Counted from the stretch's first letter, positions 19,198 to 29,245 are shown. The stretch is DNA of 64,000 nt from an uncultured Candidatus Poseidoniales archaeon (GCA_902605365.1 CACLCM010000006.1:7121-71120), one strand, 5' to 3'. Notes: generated by a model from the sequence alone, not told the origin. A program made the numbers and translations.

Positions 19198-19328
19198 AAC
19201 AACATCATTGCAGATAATACGGGTAATTATCAATACCCCCTATGTAAGGTGACAGTGGAATGCTGTTCCATTTGCTTAACATCTTGTCTTACGGGAATGG
19301 CTATTTACTAGCATACGGTAGATGGGTC

Positions 19329-21746
19329 ATGACCAAGCCCCTGCATGTGATGATAGTTTGTTTTATTTTGATGATGATGCCATTATCTGGATGTTTAGAT
19401 AATTCTGAAAGCTCCGAAGAAAAAGAGGGTGCCGAGGAACAACAAGAGCAGAACGAGGTCTCTTTAATAGAAGGATGTATGACAAATAGCTCAGTCAATT
19501 ATGACCCAAATGCAACAAAAGATGATGGGTCTTGTATGGAATTACTCCCCAAAGATGCTCTAATAGAACTTTACGAATCATGGGGAGCACACATGTTCAC
19601 TCCAATCATGGATCAAGAGGACCCTCGGACAGGAGTTGAATTTAGTACAAAGTCTATGATTGTCGATTTGATAAACACAGTTGACACAGAAAATGACGAA
19701 TCACTTGCAAGAGCAGATGATGATGATGATGGAAGCAATGATTACCAGGATGGTTGGGCGCCAGCCGGCATTACAACAACTCACTTATCAGTAGTTAGAG
19801 ATGGCTCGGGCGCACTTCTTCTCACCTCTTACGATTCTACAGGTACCTCCCCATTACGCGGGATCTCGGAAGACGCCGCAATAGACAGCTCACTCAGCGA
19901 TGAAGCTTCGGGCAGAGGAGGGGGGTCCGGATGGGCAGTCGGCTTGTATGAATACCAAGCTTGTGAAAGAGATGGAGGAACTTGGGTGAACACTCACTCC
20001 GATCCTACGAACAATCCGAATGTTGGCTACTGCGAATGGACTGTGATGCCGAGTGGTTTGCAAATCAATACAGTTTCAAAAGAAATCATAAATTTAGATG
20101 GTGAAATGGTAATCCGAACCAATGGGCTTGGTAATTCAGTTCTCGACGATGGAACCTATGTCCGCGATGGAATGAATACAAAAACTAGCGACAGTAGATC
20201 ATTAATGGAATTTGTATTAGAAGAAGCAAAACCACTTCGAGTACCTACTTGTGATGAAATGTACGGACTTGGAAATTGCGGTGAATGGCCTATGTGCTAT
20301 GAACCTGTGCCGGGAACAGATTGTGAAGGAAATTCAGTCACTCCCCGTGGAGGGGGCTCAGGATGGGCTGTTGGATTGTATGAATACCAAGCTTGTGAAC
20401 GAGATGGAGGAACTTGGGTAAACACTCACTCCGATCCTGCAAGCAACCCTAATGTTGGCTACTGTGAATGGACTATTGCTCCATTAGACGTATTGTTTGG
20501 AACAAACCCTGTTGCAGATGGGTTTGATTTCTTAGATGCAAAATTACTAGACGCTGATATCGATTATGACTCTAGCGGCGACGGAATCACGTTCACATAT
20601 AATTTTGAAAACAGCAAGATTGGTTTTAAAATCACTGTTGATGCGATAAATCACGATTTAATTGCCTTTGAATCTGTTTCAGTTACTGAAGTAGAAAATG
20701 AGAGCAGATCTACCGAGAGATTCACCTTGAATTACATTCTAGAGACTGAATCGGAAACGGAAGATGGGGCTAAAGAAGACGTTATGATTAGAGCCGCACC
20801 TTCTGGAACACACTCACACCCTTGGCTAGACTCTGACATTAGAGATGATTGGGGATATTACCACTACTGTGGTTGCAGTTGCGTTCCTGCCGGTGGACTC
20901 TATGTTTACATGCCATACATGATATCAGCACTTAATATCCCAATTATATGTATGAACGCGTGTGCTTCTGCATGCGGGAATACAGGAGGTCCAGATTTCC
21001 CTTACATTGATGCTGACCTAATCAAAGGAACCGGAGTTAAATCCGGAAGCCTAACGGCAGATGCGACCGAATTTATCGGCTCTAAGGAAAGAGCTCCAGT
21101 ATCATTAGCCTTAGACTTTGAATGCTACCACGATGATGAAAAGAGCGAAACAGTCCCTCTAGAGTCCATCCAAGATGGGGTAGATGATTGTTCCACAAGC
21201 GCTGACGAAGAGTTTGATTCGGAAAACGGAGTTACCTTTGTGGTCTCTGATAAACAAATCAGAAACCCTTCAATCACTACCATGGGGGTACAATTCATGA
21301 CCATGACTGAGGATGGGTCAAGTGTTCTCGAAGTTATGAATTTTACAATTCCTTTTGTTAAGGAAGAAGCCGGAGAGTCTGAACGTTCGGCTGAATCAGA
21401 TGATGAAGGAAGTGACGACAGTTCTGGAAGAGAAGTCGTTTACACTGATGTTGACGGAGATGGAAATATCAGCCCAGGAGATCTGATATCTGTAACATTC
21501 CCGCATGATGAATTCATTCAATTCGTTGATAATTCTAACGGAGTCACAGTTGCAATTCATGGTGAAGAAGACACTACTGCAGTAATTTTCCGCGACATGA
21601 CTTGTCAAGAACAAGCAGGCGACGATGTCTGTGAAAGCACAGTTAGTTATTATGATGCAAGCACTGGAACTTGGTATAACATGAGAATGTGCTTTTTGAA
21701 ACCTATCGGCGAGGACTGTAACGGAAATCCTATTTCAGATTCTTGA
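19329..21746 (+). CDS. secreted lipobox protein with an internal duplicated two-Cys module, function unknown
   Basis: Start moved to ATG 19329, giving MTKPLHVMIVCFILMMMPLSGC. Acidic and Cys-rich. Contains the duplicated module RGGGSGWAVGLYEYQACERDGGTWVNTHSDP..NPNVGYCEWT. Confidence 0.7.
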   Translation: MTKPLHVMIVCFILMMMPLSGCLDNSESSEEKEGAEEQQEQNEVSLIEGCMTNSSVNYDPNATKDDGSCMELLPKDALIELYESWGAHMFTPIMDQEDPRTGVEFSTKSMIVDLINTVDTENDESLARADDDDDGSNDYQDGWAPAGITTTHLSVVRDGSGALLLTSYDSTGTSPLRGISEDAAIDSSLSDEASGRGGGSGWAVGLYEYQACERDGGTWVNTHSDPTNNPNVGYCEWTVMPSGLQINTVSKEIINLDGEMVIRTNGLGNSVLDDGTYVRDGMNTKTSDSRSLMEFVLEEAKPLRVPTCDEMYGLGNCGEWPMCYEPVPGTDCEGNSVTPRGGGSGWAVGLYEYQACERDGGTWVNTHSDPASNPNVGYCEWTIAPLDVLFGTNPVADGFDFLDAKLLDADIDYDSSGDGITFTYNFENSKIGFKITVDAINHDLIAFESVSVTEVENESRSTERFTLNYILETESETEDGAKEDVMIRAAPSGTHSHPWLDSDIRDDWGYYHYCGCSCVPAGGLYVYMPYMISALNIPIICMNACASACGNTGGPDFPYIDADLIKGTGVKSGSLTADATEFIGSKERAPVSLALDFECYHDDEKSETVPLESIQDGVDDCSTSADEEFDSENGVTFVVSDKQIRNPSITTMGVQFMTMTEDGSSVLEVMNFTIPFVKEEAGESERSAESDDEGSDDSSGREVVYTDVDGDGNISPGDLISVTFPHDEFIQFVDNSNGVTVAIHGEEDTTAVIFRDMTCQEQAGDDVCESTVSYYDASTGTWYNMRMCFLKPIGEDCNGNPISDS
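19914..20042 (+). repeat. copy 1 of a 129-nt (43-codon) intragenic direct repeat
   Basis: Aligned by eye with 20346-20474. I count 16 nt differences in 13 codons, of which 11 are synonymous. Confidence 0.9.
20346..20474 (+). repeat. copy 2 of a 129-nt (43-codon) intragenic direct repeat
   Basis: See copy 1. 41 of 43 residues are identical. Confidence 0.9.
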
Positions 21747-21774
21747 GCAAGAAGAACTGACAAGAGTGGGTAAT

Positions 21775-24700
21775 ATGCGTCATGCAATGTCGCTGCTAAT
21801 GTGCTTCATCTTGTGTTCCAGCGTCTTTACGTCGATACCAAATAATGAACAGTTGTCAACAGATGGTACAGGTTCCAAATCGATCGTTCATGATGGCTGG
21901 AATCATGGTTCACAAGAAGGATCAATCCTGTCTAACTCTACAGCCACTGTTGGTGGAGGTGATGGAACAACCAATGAAGAATTTGTGTGCATCATCCAAG
22001 AGGGTTCATTGGATGTATATTGTTGGGGGAAAAATGACCAAGGTCAATTAGCGTTAGGTGATACAATAGACCGATCAAGTCCTAGCACAGTTGGCTTACA
22101 CCAGAACTCTCAAGTTCCAATGAGAGCCACAACTATTGATGCTGGAGGCTCACATACCTGTGCAATCAGCACCTCAAAGGACATATTTTGCTGGGGAGCA
22201 AATGATTTCGGACAACTAGGCGCTGCGTCAGGAACTGCTCAACCACAACTAAACTATGCAATCGTAGATATTGATTGGAATGTCCATTCACCCCTTGCAA
22301 TTTCTTCAGGTGGCACATCATCTTGTGCAATTTTAGCCGATAATCAACTCTCCAAATCACTATGGTGCTGGGGATCTATATTGTCATCTGGAAACACGAT
22401 TCAACCACCTGATTATCAAGGCTCTTGCCCCTATCTGCAAATTAGGGATATATCATCTCTCCCGGGAAGTTGCGTCGCCCCTAATCCGTGGGATGCAGAC
22501 GGGGATGGATGGGCGATACATTCCGGAGCCTATGGCTACCTACAGGCGTATGGTCAAGGTGATTGTAACGATAATAATCCAAATACCAACCCTGGACAAA
22601 ACGAAGTACCAGGTGATGGCCAAGACAATGATTGTGACGGAAGTATTGATGAAACTGTCCAACAGATTCCCTTGGCAAATCAACCAATGCAAGTTAGTGT
22701 TGGGAAAGAACATGTATGTGTGATGACGGATATGCAAGAGTTGTACTGTTGGGGTGACAATACATATCATCAATCCGATGCTCTCACACAGGGAACTGCT
22801 GTCATAGAACAACCACAATTACTGGACTTCAGCCCACTAGTCACCAATGCACAAACTCTTACGCCTTTGCGCGTTGCTGCTGGAAGCTCCCACACCTGTG
22901 TAATCCTTTCCGATCAATCAGTGGCATGCTGGGGAGAGTGGATGGGGATGGCATTATCCCAAGGTCTAATCCCTCCCAACCAGATGACTCGTGTTTCAAC
23001 GACAAACCCGAATTGGACTCCAACCGGATCTTCTCCCACAAGTTGGATGGAAGCTTCTTCTCAAACACATGCATTGGTGCCTATTTCGATTAGTGCTGGG
23101 GCCGAGCATACATGTATTACCGCACAAAATATAGTTCTAGAACCATTCGTGACCCCACAAGCCCCAGCGCCATCCTTGCGACCCTATGCTTTGTGTTGGG
23201 GGGATGGTGAACAGGGGCAACTTGGACAGGGGGGCGATTTCAACGATTATTCCGAATACAAATATGTCGAAACAAGAAGTTTGCAACAAGAGGGGACTGG
23301 GATGGCCGACTTCTCGACAATTGTTGTTGCAGGTGGCGATACCACATGTACTGTAAAGACCGCCTTCGACCCAACAATCAGATGTTTTGGAAGTAATGAT
23401 GCTGGGACCTATGGGCACGACCGAGTATGGCCGGATTCGTATTACACAACTGACATCTCTGCCCAATCCCGTATTGGAATTTCGCAAGCCGGGACTTGGA
23501 AGGGCATTAGTGTAAAAAATATTCAGGAAAATGTGATTGATTTTGACACCTCTTCAAGTGATACGGGTTGCTTCATAACAGAAGATGTGGATATATTACT
23601 ACCAAACAAAATGTATTGTTGGGGAATTTTCATTCATGCACCCATCGGATCAACATCTACAGGGAATGCAATTAATTTAGGTAACCAATTCCATGTGAAT
23701 ACTATAGATTCAGAAAGATTACCTCAAGAAATTATTATGCCACAGGGGAAAAATCCAATTCAAATCAAAGTCAGTGCAAATTGGGCATGTGCGCTCATGG
23801 ACGACGGAACAGTCTGGTGCTGGGGTGAAGAAATGATCATCCCAGACCTTGATCAAAGCCAAGAAGGACGTGAAAATTGTGCATACCATTCACTTAATGA
23901 TGGTCATGTGTTTTCAACTGTCTCGTCATCATCCAACAGTGGAAATCTGTATTACTGTGAAGGGCAATTCAGGAGTGGCGATGGATCGACAGGAGACCTA
24001 CATCAAATTCCAATTAGTGGGGTGACCTCTTTGAATTTAGGTCTCGGAATGGGGTGCGCTTCAACAATTTATCAAGAAGTAAAATGTTGGGGGCTAGAGT
24101 GGGGTTTCGGAACGAAACAAGCATCTCATGTCAGTCAAAGCTGGGATGGAGGTTTTCCCTCTACAGCCCCCTCATCTGGCCTTAACGGGAACTCGAATTT
24201 CGCAACGCAGACATGGGTTTTGCTGGATGGACAAACTCCAGATACAATGACAGATATGCAATCGATGGCAACTGCCAGCGTTTTTTCCAGCAATAGAGGA
24301 GGAGGACATTTCGATATTTTCGGAATCAATATGTGTATCAAAGTAATTTCTGGCAAGGCGGTTTGTTATGGGTCACAAGTGGGAGTCTTGAATACTCCAT
24401 TCGATGAAAACAAAGTGAATACTTGGTTGGACACGGATGACCCCGCCTATATCGATGGCGTGGCGCTTTTCGGTTCCGAAATAACATCTGTTGCAAGAAA
24501 TGTTTGGTCAATCTGTGTGACTTTGGTTTCAAGTGAAATATATTGCGCTGGAGAAAACAAGTATGGACAGTTGGGAAGTGGAACAATTGTTCATGATTCA
24601 TTGGGCCATGATTGGACACTAGTAGATACGCAGGGCCTAAATTTCGACCGTGTCGTCATGAGCGATACACGTAGCATGTGTGCCTGGAATACACAGAACC

Positions 24701-27009
24701 CAACAAGCGAAAACGTACTTTGTTGGGGCAGTGCTTTTGCTGAACTTCCAATTGGGCAATCATGCGGATCAGATGCCCCTTCTTGGGTTCCCTGCTTCGC
24801 TAGCTCGAGGGATATTATTGCCACACCAACTGAAGCATACCTTCTGAAAGGAATGAACAGCATATCTGAAATCCAATTGAACGCTTTTGGTGGATGCGTT
24901 ATTGCAGATGGAAATCTTGGATGTTGGGGGCATTACGATGGTGGGCAAGGATGTCATTCGGATGAACAAGCCGCTGTAGAATTCATTATCCCTGGGTGTA
25001 CCACCGAATTAAGAGTTGAACTTCCAGGTACACAGAACTCAGCACCTTCTATTTCATCAGTCGTGATTACTCCGGGATCAGGTGTAAGTAATACTGATGT
25101 TTTAGTTTGTTCAATTACCGGCCCAATTGACCCCGATGCTGACCCTTTGTTGCCGTATGTGTATGAATGGGTCTTGACAACACCACAGGGCGACGTTTAC
25201 ACATACAGTGCAACTTCTTATTCCACAAGCAATCCACTCGACTTACCGGCCACTGTTTACTCCTCGGTCTTTGGTCACTTGGCCTCACCTGGAGATGTGA
25301 TTGAATGTTTTGTCACTATCTCTGATATCTATGGTGCATCAAGCACGATTCAATCAAATGCCGTGATAGTAATGGGCGCCAAATATTACGATATGGATAG
25401 TGATGGTTACGGCGACATGAATGCTCCACCAATCTATGTTGATTATTGCAACTCAGATATCGATTGCCCCGCAGGAGGCACCTTAGCAAGCGCCTCCTCA
25501 TCCTCTCCCGCATATTACACCGGAGTTTGTATTAATTCAGTTTGTGATTTGGGTCCGAATTATTCAGACAACAATCTTGATTGTGATGATCAAAATCCAG
25601 CGGTCAATCCATCCCAAGTCGAAGACCCATTCAATGGAATAGATGATAATTGTGATGGACAGCAAGCCCAACTCTTCCTCGATTGGGATAATGACGGCTA
25701 TGGCGATGCTAACTATCCATTGGTCTCGGACTGTGTAACAGACTCCGATTGTAGCGTAAATGACCTATGTGTTACAACCTTTGGGCATTCAACTTGTACA
25801 AACCCTAGCCACCCTGTCTTTGGAACAGCTTGCACAAGTTCATTTGATTGTGATATTAAGTTCACAAAAGTAGCATCAGCAAGTTCCTTTTCCTGTGCTT
25901 TAACTACAGAGGGAGATGCGATTTGTTGGGGCATAGATGGTACGGAATACTGGCCTCTACCCGGATATACATTTTCAGATATTGAAGCAGGACACGCAGC
26001 AGTATGTGGGTTGGAAACCACCTCATCAAACATTATATGTTGGAGCATTCATGGAAGCCCGATTGGATCTAACTTTATCCAAATCCAGGCAAGTAATTTT
26101 CAATTTACAAGTTTAACATTAGATAAAAACAATGTATGCGCAATTTCAACTAACGGGGAACTATACTGTAAAAATATGATTTCACCTGCAGCACCAATAC
26201 TTCAACCTCAAACCAATGTTTTGCAAGTAGACATTGGAATTTCTATGTATAATGACGGTCATAAATGTATACTATACGATACTGGAAATATTGATTGCTT
26301 AATCGGAGGTAATTCTTTCGCCTATGATGCCACAATCCCTCCTGCCGGAATTCAATTTTCAAGTATCGCTACTGGTCATTTATTCACTTGTGGAATTGAA
26401 ACAACAACCTTATTGGTTCAATGCTGGGGAGATAACAATTTCAATGTCCAATCCACCCCTACCGATCAATTTCAGTCTATTATAGCAGGGCGTAACACAA
26501 TTTGCGGAATATCTCTTTCAAACGAAGTAATTTGTTGGGGTAAATCATCTGAAATAGGGCACAGTATGTATCCCCCCCAAGGAACTGTTGCAAAAAGTGT
26601 TAGCGTGGGGCGACTCAATGTGTGTAGTGTAAACTTTCAAGATGAAATATATTGTTGGGGAGTTCCAGATTGGAATAATGTTAACGGCATAAACTACCCT
26701 ACGGGATTTGCTGGGTTGCTAGATGGGCCCGATGAATCACTAGTAACGTGTATTAACGGGATTTGCTCTTTACCAAACTATGTGCCTATACTTACTCCTG
26801 ATGATGTCGATTGTAATGATTGGGATCCAACAGTAAACCCTAGCATGAGTGAAGTACAAGGAAATAATGTAGATGATGATTGTGACGGAATCATAGATCA
26901 ATCGCCTACAATTCAATCTAATAGTAATTTTTTGACTACAATTAACAGTTACTTCGCTATTGGTTCATTATTAATTTTATTCTGCTTATTATGGTTTAAG
27001 AAAAAATGA
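21775..27009 (+). CDS. giant surface protein: RCC1-like beta-propeller blades, MopE-like Cys/Asp metal-binding motifs and a C-terminal TM anchor
   Basis: 15 CWG blade signatures (for example YCWGKNDQGQLALGD, FCWGANDFGQLG, YCAGENKYGQLGSG). DCDDQNPAVNPSQVEDPFNGIDDNCDG-type motifs occur at least 3 times. Signal peptide MRHAMSLLMCFILCSSVF. C-terminal LLILFCLLWFKKK. The track start at 21766 is GTG, and ATG 21775 is preferred. Confidence 0.75.
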   Translation: MRHAMSLLMCFILCSSVFTSIPNNEQLSTDGTGSKSIVHDGWNHGSQEGSILSNSTATVGGGDGTTNEEFVCIIQEGSLDVYCWGKNDQGQLALGDTIDRSSPSTVGLHQNSQVPMRATTIDAGGSHTCAISTSKDIFCWGANDFGQLGAASGTAQPQLNYAIVDIDWNVHSPLAISSGGTSSCAILADNQLSKSLWCWGSILSSGNTIQPPDYQGSCPYLQIRDISSLPGSCVAPNPWDADGDGWAIHSGAYGYLQAYGQGDCNDNNPNTNPGQNEVPGDGQDNDCDGSIDETVQQIPLANQPMQVSVGKEHVCVMTDMQELYCWGDNTYHQSDALTQGTAVIEQPQLLDFSPLVTNAQTLTPLRVAAGSSHTCVILSDQSVACWGEWMGMALSQGLIPPNQMTRVSTTNPNWTPTGSSPTSWMEASSQTHALVPISISAGAEHTCITAQNIVLEPFVTPQAPAPSLRPYALCWGDGEQGQLGQGGDFNDYSEYKYVETRSLQQEGTGMADFSTIVVAGGDTTCTVKTAFDPTIRCFGSNDAGTYGHDRVWPDSYYTTDISAQSRIGISQAGTWKGISVKNIQENVIDFDTSSSDTGCFITEDVDILLPNKMYCWGIFIHAPIGSTSTGNAINLGNQFHVNTIDSERLPQEIIMPQGKNPIQIKVSANWACALMDDGTVWCWGEEMIIPDLDQSQEGRENCAYHSLNDGHVFSTVSSSSNSGNLYYCEGQFRSGDGSTGDLHQIPISGVTSLNLGLGMGCASTIYQEVKCWGLEWGFGTKQASHVSQSWDGGFPSTAPSSGLNGNSNFATQTWVLLDGQTPDTMTDMQSMATASVFSSNRGGGHFDIFGINMCIKVISGKAVCYGSQVGVLNTPFDENKVNTWLDTDDPAYIDGVALFGSEITSVARNVWSICVTLVSSEIYCAGENKYGQLGSGTIVHDSLGHDWTLVDTQGLNFDRVVMSDTRSMCAWNTQNPTSENVLCWGSAFAELPIGQSCGSDAPSWVPCFASSRDIIATPTEAYLLKGMNSISEIQLNAFGGCVIADGNLGCWGHYDGGQGCHSDEQAAVEFIIPGCTTELRVELPGTQNSAPSISSVVITPGSGVSNTDVLVCSITGPIDPDADPLLPYVYEWVLTTPQGDVYTYSATSYSTSNPLDLPATVYSSVFGHLASPGDVIECFVTISDIYGASSTIQSNAVIVMGAKYYDMDSDGYGDMNAPPIYVDYCNSDIDCPAGGTLASASSSSPAYYTGVCINSVCDLGPNYSDNNLDCDDQNPAVNPSQVEDPFNGIDDNCDGQQAQLFLDWDNDGYGDANYPLVSDCVTDSDCSVNDLCVTTFGHSTCTNPSHPVFGTACTSSFDCDIKFTKVASASSFSCALTTEGDAICWGIDGTEYWPLPGYTFSDIEAGHAAVCGLETTSSNIICWSIHGSPIGSNFIQIQASNFQFTSLTLDKNNVCAISTNGELYCKNMISPAAPILQPQTNVLQVDIGISMYNDGHKCILYDTGNIDCLIGGNSFAYDATIPPAGIQFSSIATGHLFTCGIETTTLLVQCWGDNNFNVQSTPTDQFQSIIAGRNTICGISLSNEVICWGKSSEIGHSMYPPQGTVAKSVSVGRLNVCSVNFQDEIYCWGVPDWNNVNGINYPTGFAGLLDGPDESLVTCINGICSLPNYVPILTPDDVDCNDWDPTVNPSMSEVQGNNVDDDCDGIIDQSPTIQSNSNFLTTINSYFAIGSLLILFCLLWFKKK

Positions 27010-27040
27010 GTGAAAGAACAGCGATGATGGAGTTTTTGAC

Positions 27041-27292
27041 ATGGCCTTACTCAACATTTGGTCTCTAGGTCATTTCGTCCAATGGACGTTTATTGGACGA
27101 TACCTACTACGCAACTGGTGGATTTTCATCTTTCTTTCAGTAGGGTGGGAAGTCTTGGAACTCTATCTTCCATATGAATTCGTAGAGGAAACCTGGGATA
27201 ACAAAATCTCAGACCTCGTCGTCAACACTATCGGGTTTGCAATAGGTAAATGGATACGGTATGATCCCGAAACCTTGCAGTCCAACCGTTAG
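27041..27292 (+). CDS. small membrane protein, unknown
   Basis: 83 aa with 2-3 hydrophobic segments. Confidence 0.4.
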   Translation: MALLNIWSLGHFVQWTFIGRYLLRNWWIFIFLSVGWEVLELYLPYEFVEETWDNKISDLVVNTIGFAIGKWIRYDPETLQSNR

Positions 27293-27336
27293 TGCCTCCA
27301 AACGGAGAGTAACTAAGCAAAGCGCCTCTTCGTATT

Positions 27337-27645
27337 TCAATTTAAATCTCGGATTAATTCGTTGACATCAACATTACCGTTGTAAATTAGAAACCCGCAA
27401 ACTAATACTGTAACTGTAGCAAATAGAAGTGCTCTGTTGATTATTCCTTTGACAAAGTCAAATACATTTTTTGCTGCCTTGGAAACCTTTTCACCAACTT
27501 CGTCTAAGCTTGGGAGTTCGACATTTGTTGATTGGTCAACATGTGTATTTTGGGTGTTGTGATGAACGTCTCCAACATGTACATCCCCCGTAACCACGGA
27601 GTCCTGAATCTTCGACTCAACATCTGACACAGATTTCCCAATCAT
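27337..27645 (-). CDS. small tail-anchored protein, unknown
   Basis: 102 aa. N-terminal GDVHVGDVHHNTQNTH His/Val-rich stretch and a C-terminal TM (LLFATVTVLVCGFLIY). Confidence 0.4.
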   Translation of the reverse strand: MIGKSVSDVESKIQDSVVTGDVHVGDVHHNTQNTHVDQSTNVELPSLDEVGEKVSKAAKNVFDFVKGIINRALLFATVTVLVCGFLIYNGNVDVNELIRDLN

Positions 27646-27669
27646 CCTGGACTTATAGATGCTGAGGGT

Positions 27670-28350
27670 TTAGAAAGGCTCTTGCAATCCAGCGATTAGA
27701 GTCATCAATGCAGTTCTGAATGGTATTAGAGGCCTCCAACCATCACCTGTAAGGGCGAGTAGTAACTGATGGAGCGGGTCAAGGTCTGGCCTTTGATTTA
27801 CTTCATCCGCTATTGGCTTAGCCTCCATTCCTGCAATTTCATGGCCAAACAATACTTCTGCAGTAAAGTTTCCACTAATGCCCTGGTTTGTTCTTTTCCA
27901 CAGCATATCAAACTCGGACTTAGTATCTTCAGATGACCATTCTCGACGACCGCACATGTGAACATTGTCGAGTTTCACCTCCGCTTTCAAAATGTGAGCA
28001 ATGGCATTGGCCGCATCAGCAACGCTCAACCAGTACCTAGACGGCCCGGCAATATCTTCCCCATTAGCCCAATTGATTATTTCAGGAGCAAGCCATTTAT
28101 CGGCACGCGATGGTAACAAGTCGTGAATAATTAGATCCTTGCCAACAACGATGTCTGCATCGCTATCGTCAAAAGAGATAGAAAACCCAGAACCTTCTCT
28201 TACAATGCCTGCTGTAGAATAATCTAGTAAAGAGGCATTGCGATTGAGGTGATTTTCTTCCTTAGCTATCACATCGATATCCATCATTAGCAGTTTGTCG
28301 ATTACGGCTTCACCTAGAGAACAGGTTGCCCCAATGACTTTTATTGCCAT
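27670..28350 (-). CDS. NAD(P)-binding Rossmann-fold protein (atypical SDR / NmrA-like), unknown substrate
   Basis: Start moved to ATG 28350, giving MAIKVIGATCSLGEAVIDKL (GxxGxxG-like). No catalytic YxxxK is evident. Confidence 0.45.
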   Translation of the reverse strand: MAIKVIGATCSLGEAVIDKLLMMDIDVIAKEENHLNRNASLLDYSTAGIVREGSGFSISFDDSDADIVVGKDLIIHDLLPSRADKWLAPEIINWANGEDIAGPSRYWLSVADAANAIAHILKAEVKLDNVHMCGRREWSSEDTKSEFDMLWKRTNQGISGNFTAEVLFGHEIAGMEAKPIADEVNQRPDLDPLHQLLLALTGDGWRPLIPFRTALMTLIAGLQEPF

Positions 28351-28401
28351 ATTTACCGCTGTAAGTTCACTATTGATGACTTTATCTCTTGTAGTTTTTT
28401 T

Positions 28402-28565
28402 CAATTGTAATTTTTAATTTTCAATTGATTTATTTTAGATAATTTCAAAAACGTCGTAGGATTATGCGACACCAATTGAAAGTAAACTATCGCGCCCTAA
28501 TCTAAAAATGAAATTAGTCTCTTTCTGCAATTGAAGATGCATAGATTATGCGTCAAACCCAATTG
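28402..28565. promoter_or_regulatory. array of five CAATTG palindromes plus a 24/28-nt direct repeat in a divergent intergenic region
   Basis: CAATTG at 28402, 28422, 28473, 28528 and 28560. GATTATGCGACACCAATTGAAAGT (28460-28483) pairs with GATTATGCGTCAAACCCAATTGGAAAGT (28544-28571). Confidence 0.5.
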
Positions 28566-28654
28566 GAAAGTTATTTTTTGACGGAGACAAGTATAATAGT
28601 CGCCACTGAGGAGGACGGGTTGGCCAAGAGTCACAAGGCCAAGGAGATGGGAAA

Positions 28655-29245
28655 ATGCCAAACAACGATTATGACATCCAGGAGTTACTCCAAAGGGATG
28701 TGTACGTGAATGATACAAAGGTGGGGACGATCGTAGGAGAACGTCACCATCCGAACGAAGCAAGAGTGCGCTCAATGCGCATAATGGTGGAGCCTGGGGT
28801 CGCTGATGAATTCATGCGGAAACCTGCAGAACTCGCACCATTACACAAGGAGTTAATCCACAGCATACGTAATGATGGTGCCGTAAAACTCTCGAAGTCG
28901 ATGCGCGAACTACAGCGCAGATGGAGAAACACAGTAAGGATTGATGAAAAGCTATACGCCCCTGATGAAATGATGGACAGAGCAGTTCTGGACAACCAGG
29001 GAATGGAAATCGGAGTAATTACCGATTTGGTAAAGATCAAGAGAACCTACAGAGCAGTTGTAGTGAAAACAAGAATCGGTGTACAAATCCAACACGGCAT
29101 CGACGCTACGATCAATATTCCAATTACAGCACTGGCGCGCACACGTGAGCGCTTGGACGAAGTAGTGTTATCAAGAACACTCGACAAGTTGCTCGGTCTA
29201 CCGTCTTACATACAGGCGAATGACCCTGATGCAATAGAAGATTGA
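28655..29245 (+). CDS. PRC-barrel-like protein (two barrel-like halves), unknown function
   Basis: VYVNDTKVGTIVGE and VLDNQGMEIGVITDLV resemble PRC-barrel strands. GGAG lies 8 nt upstream of the ATG. Confidence 0.45.
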   Translation: MPNNDYDIQELLQRDVYVNDTKVGTIVGERHHPNEARVRSMRIMVEPGVADEFMRKPAELAPLHKELIHSIRNDGAVKLSKSMRELQRRWRNTVRIDEKLYAPDEMMDRAVLDNQGMEIGVITDLVKIKRTYRAVVVKTRIGVQIQHGIDATINIPITALARTRERLDEVVLSRTLDKLLGLPSYIQANDPDAIED

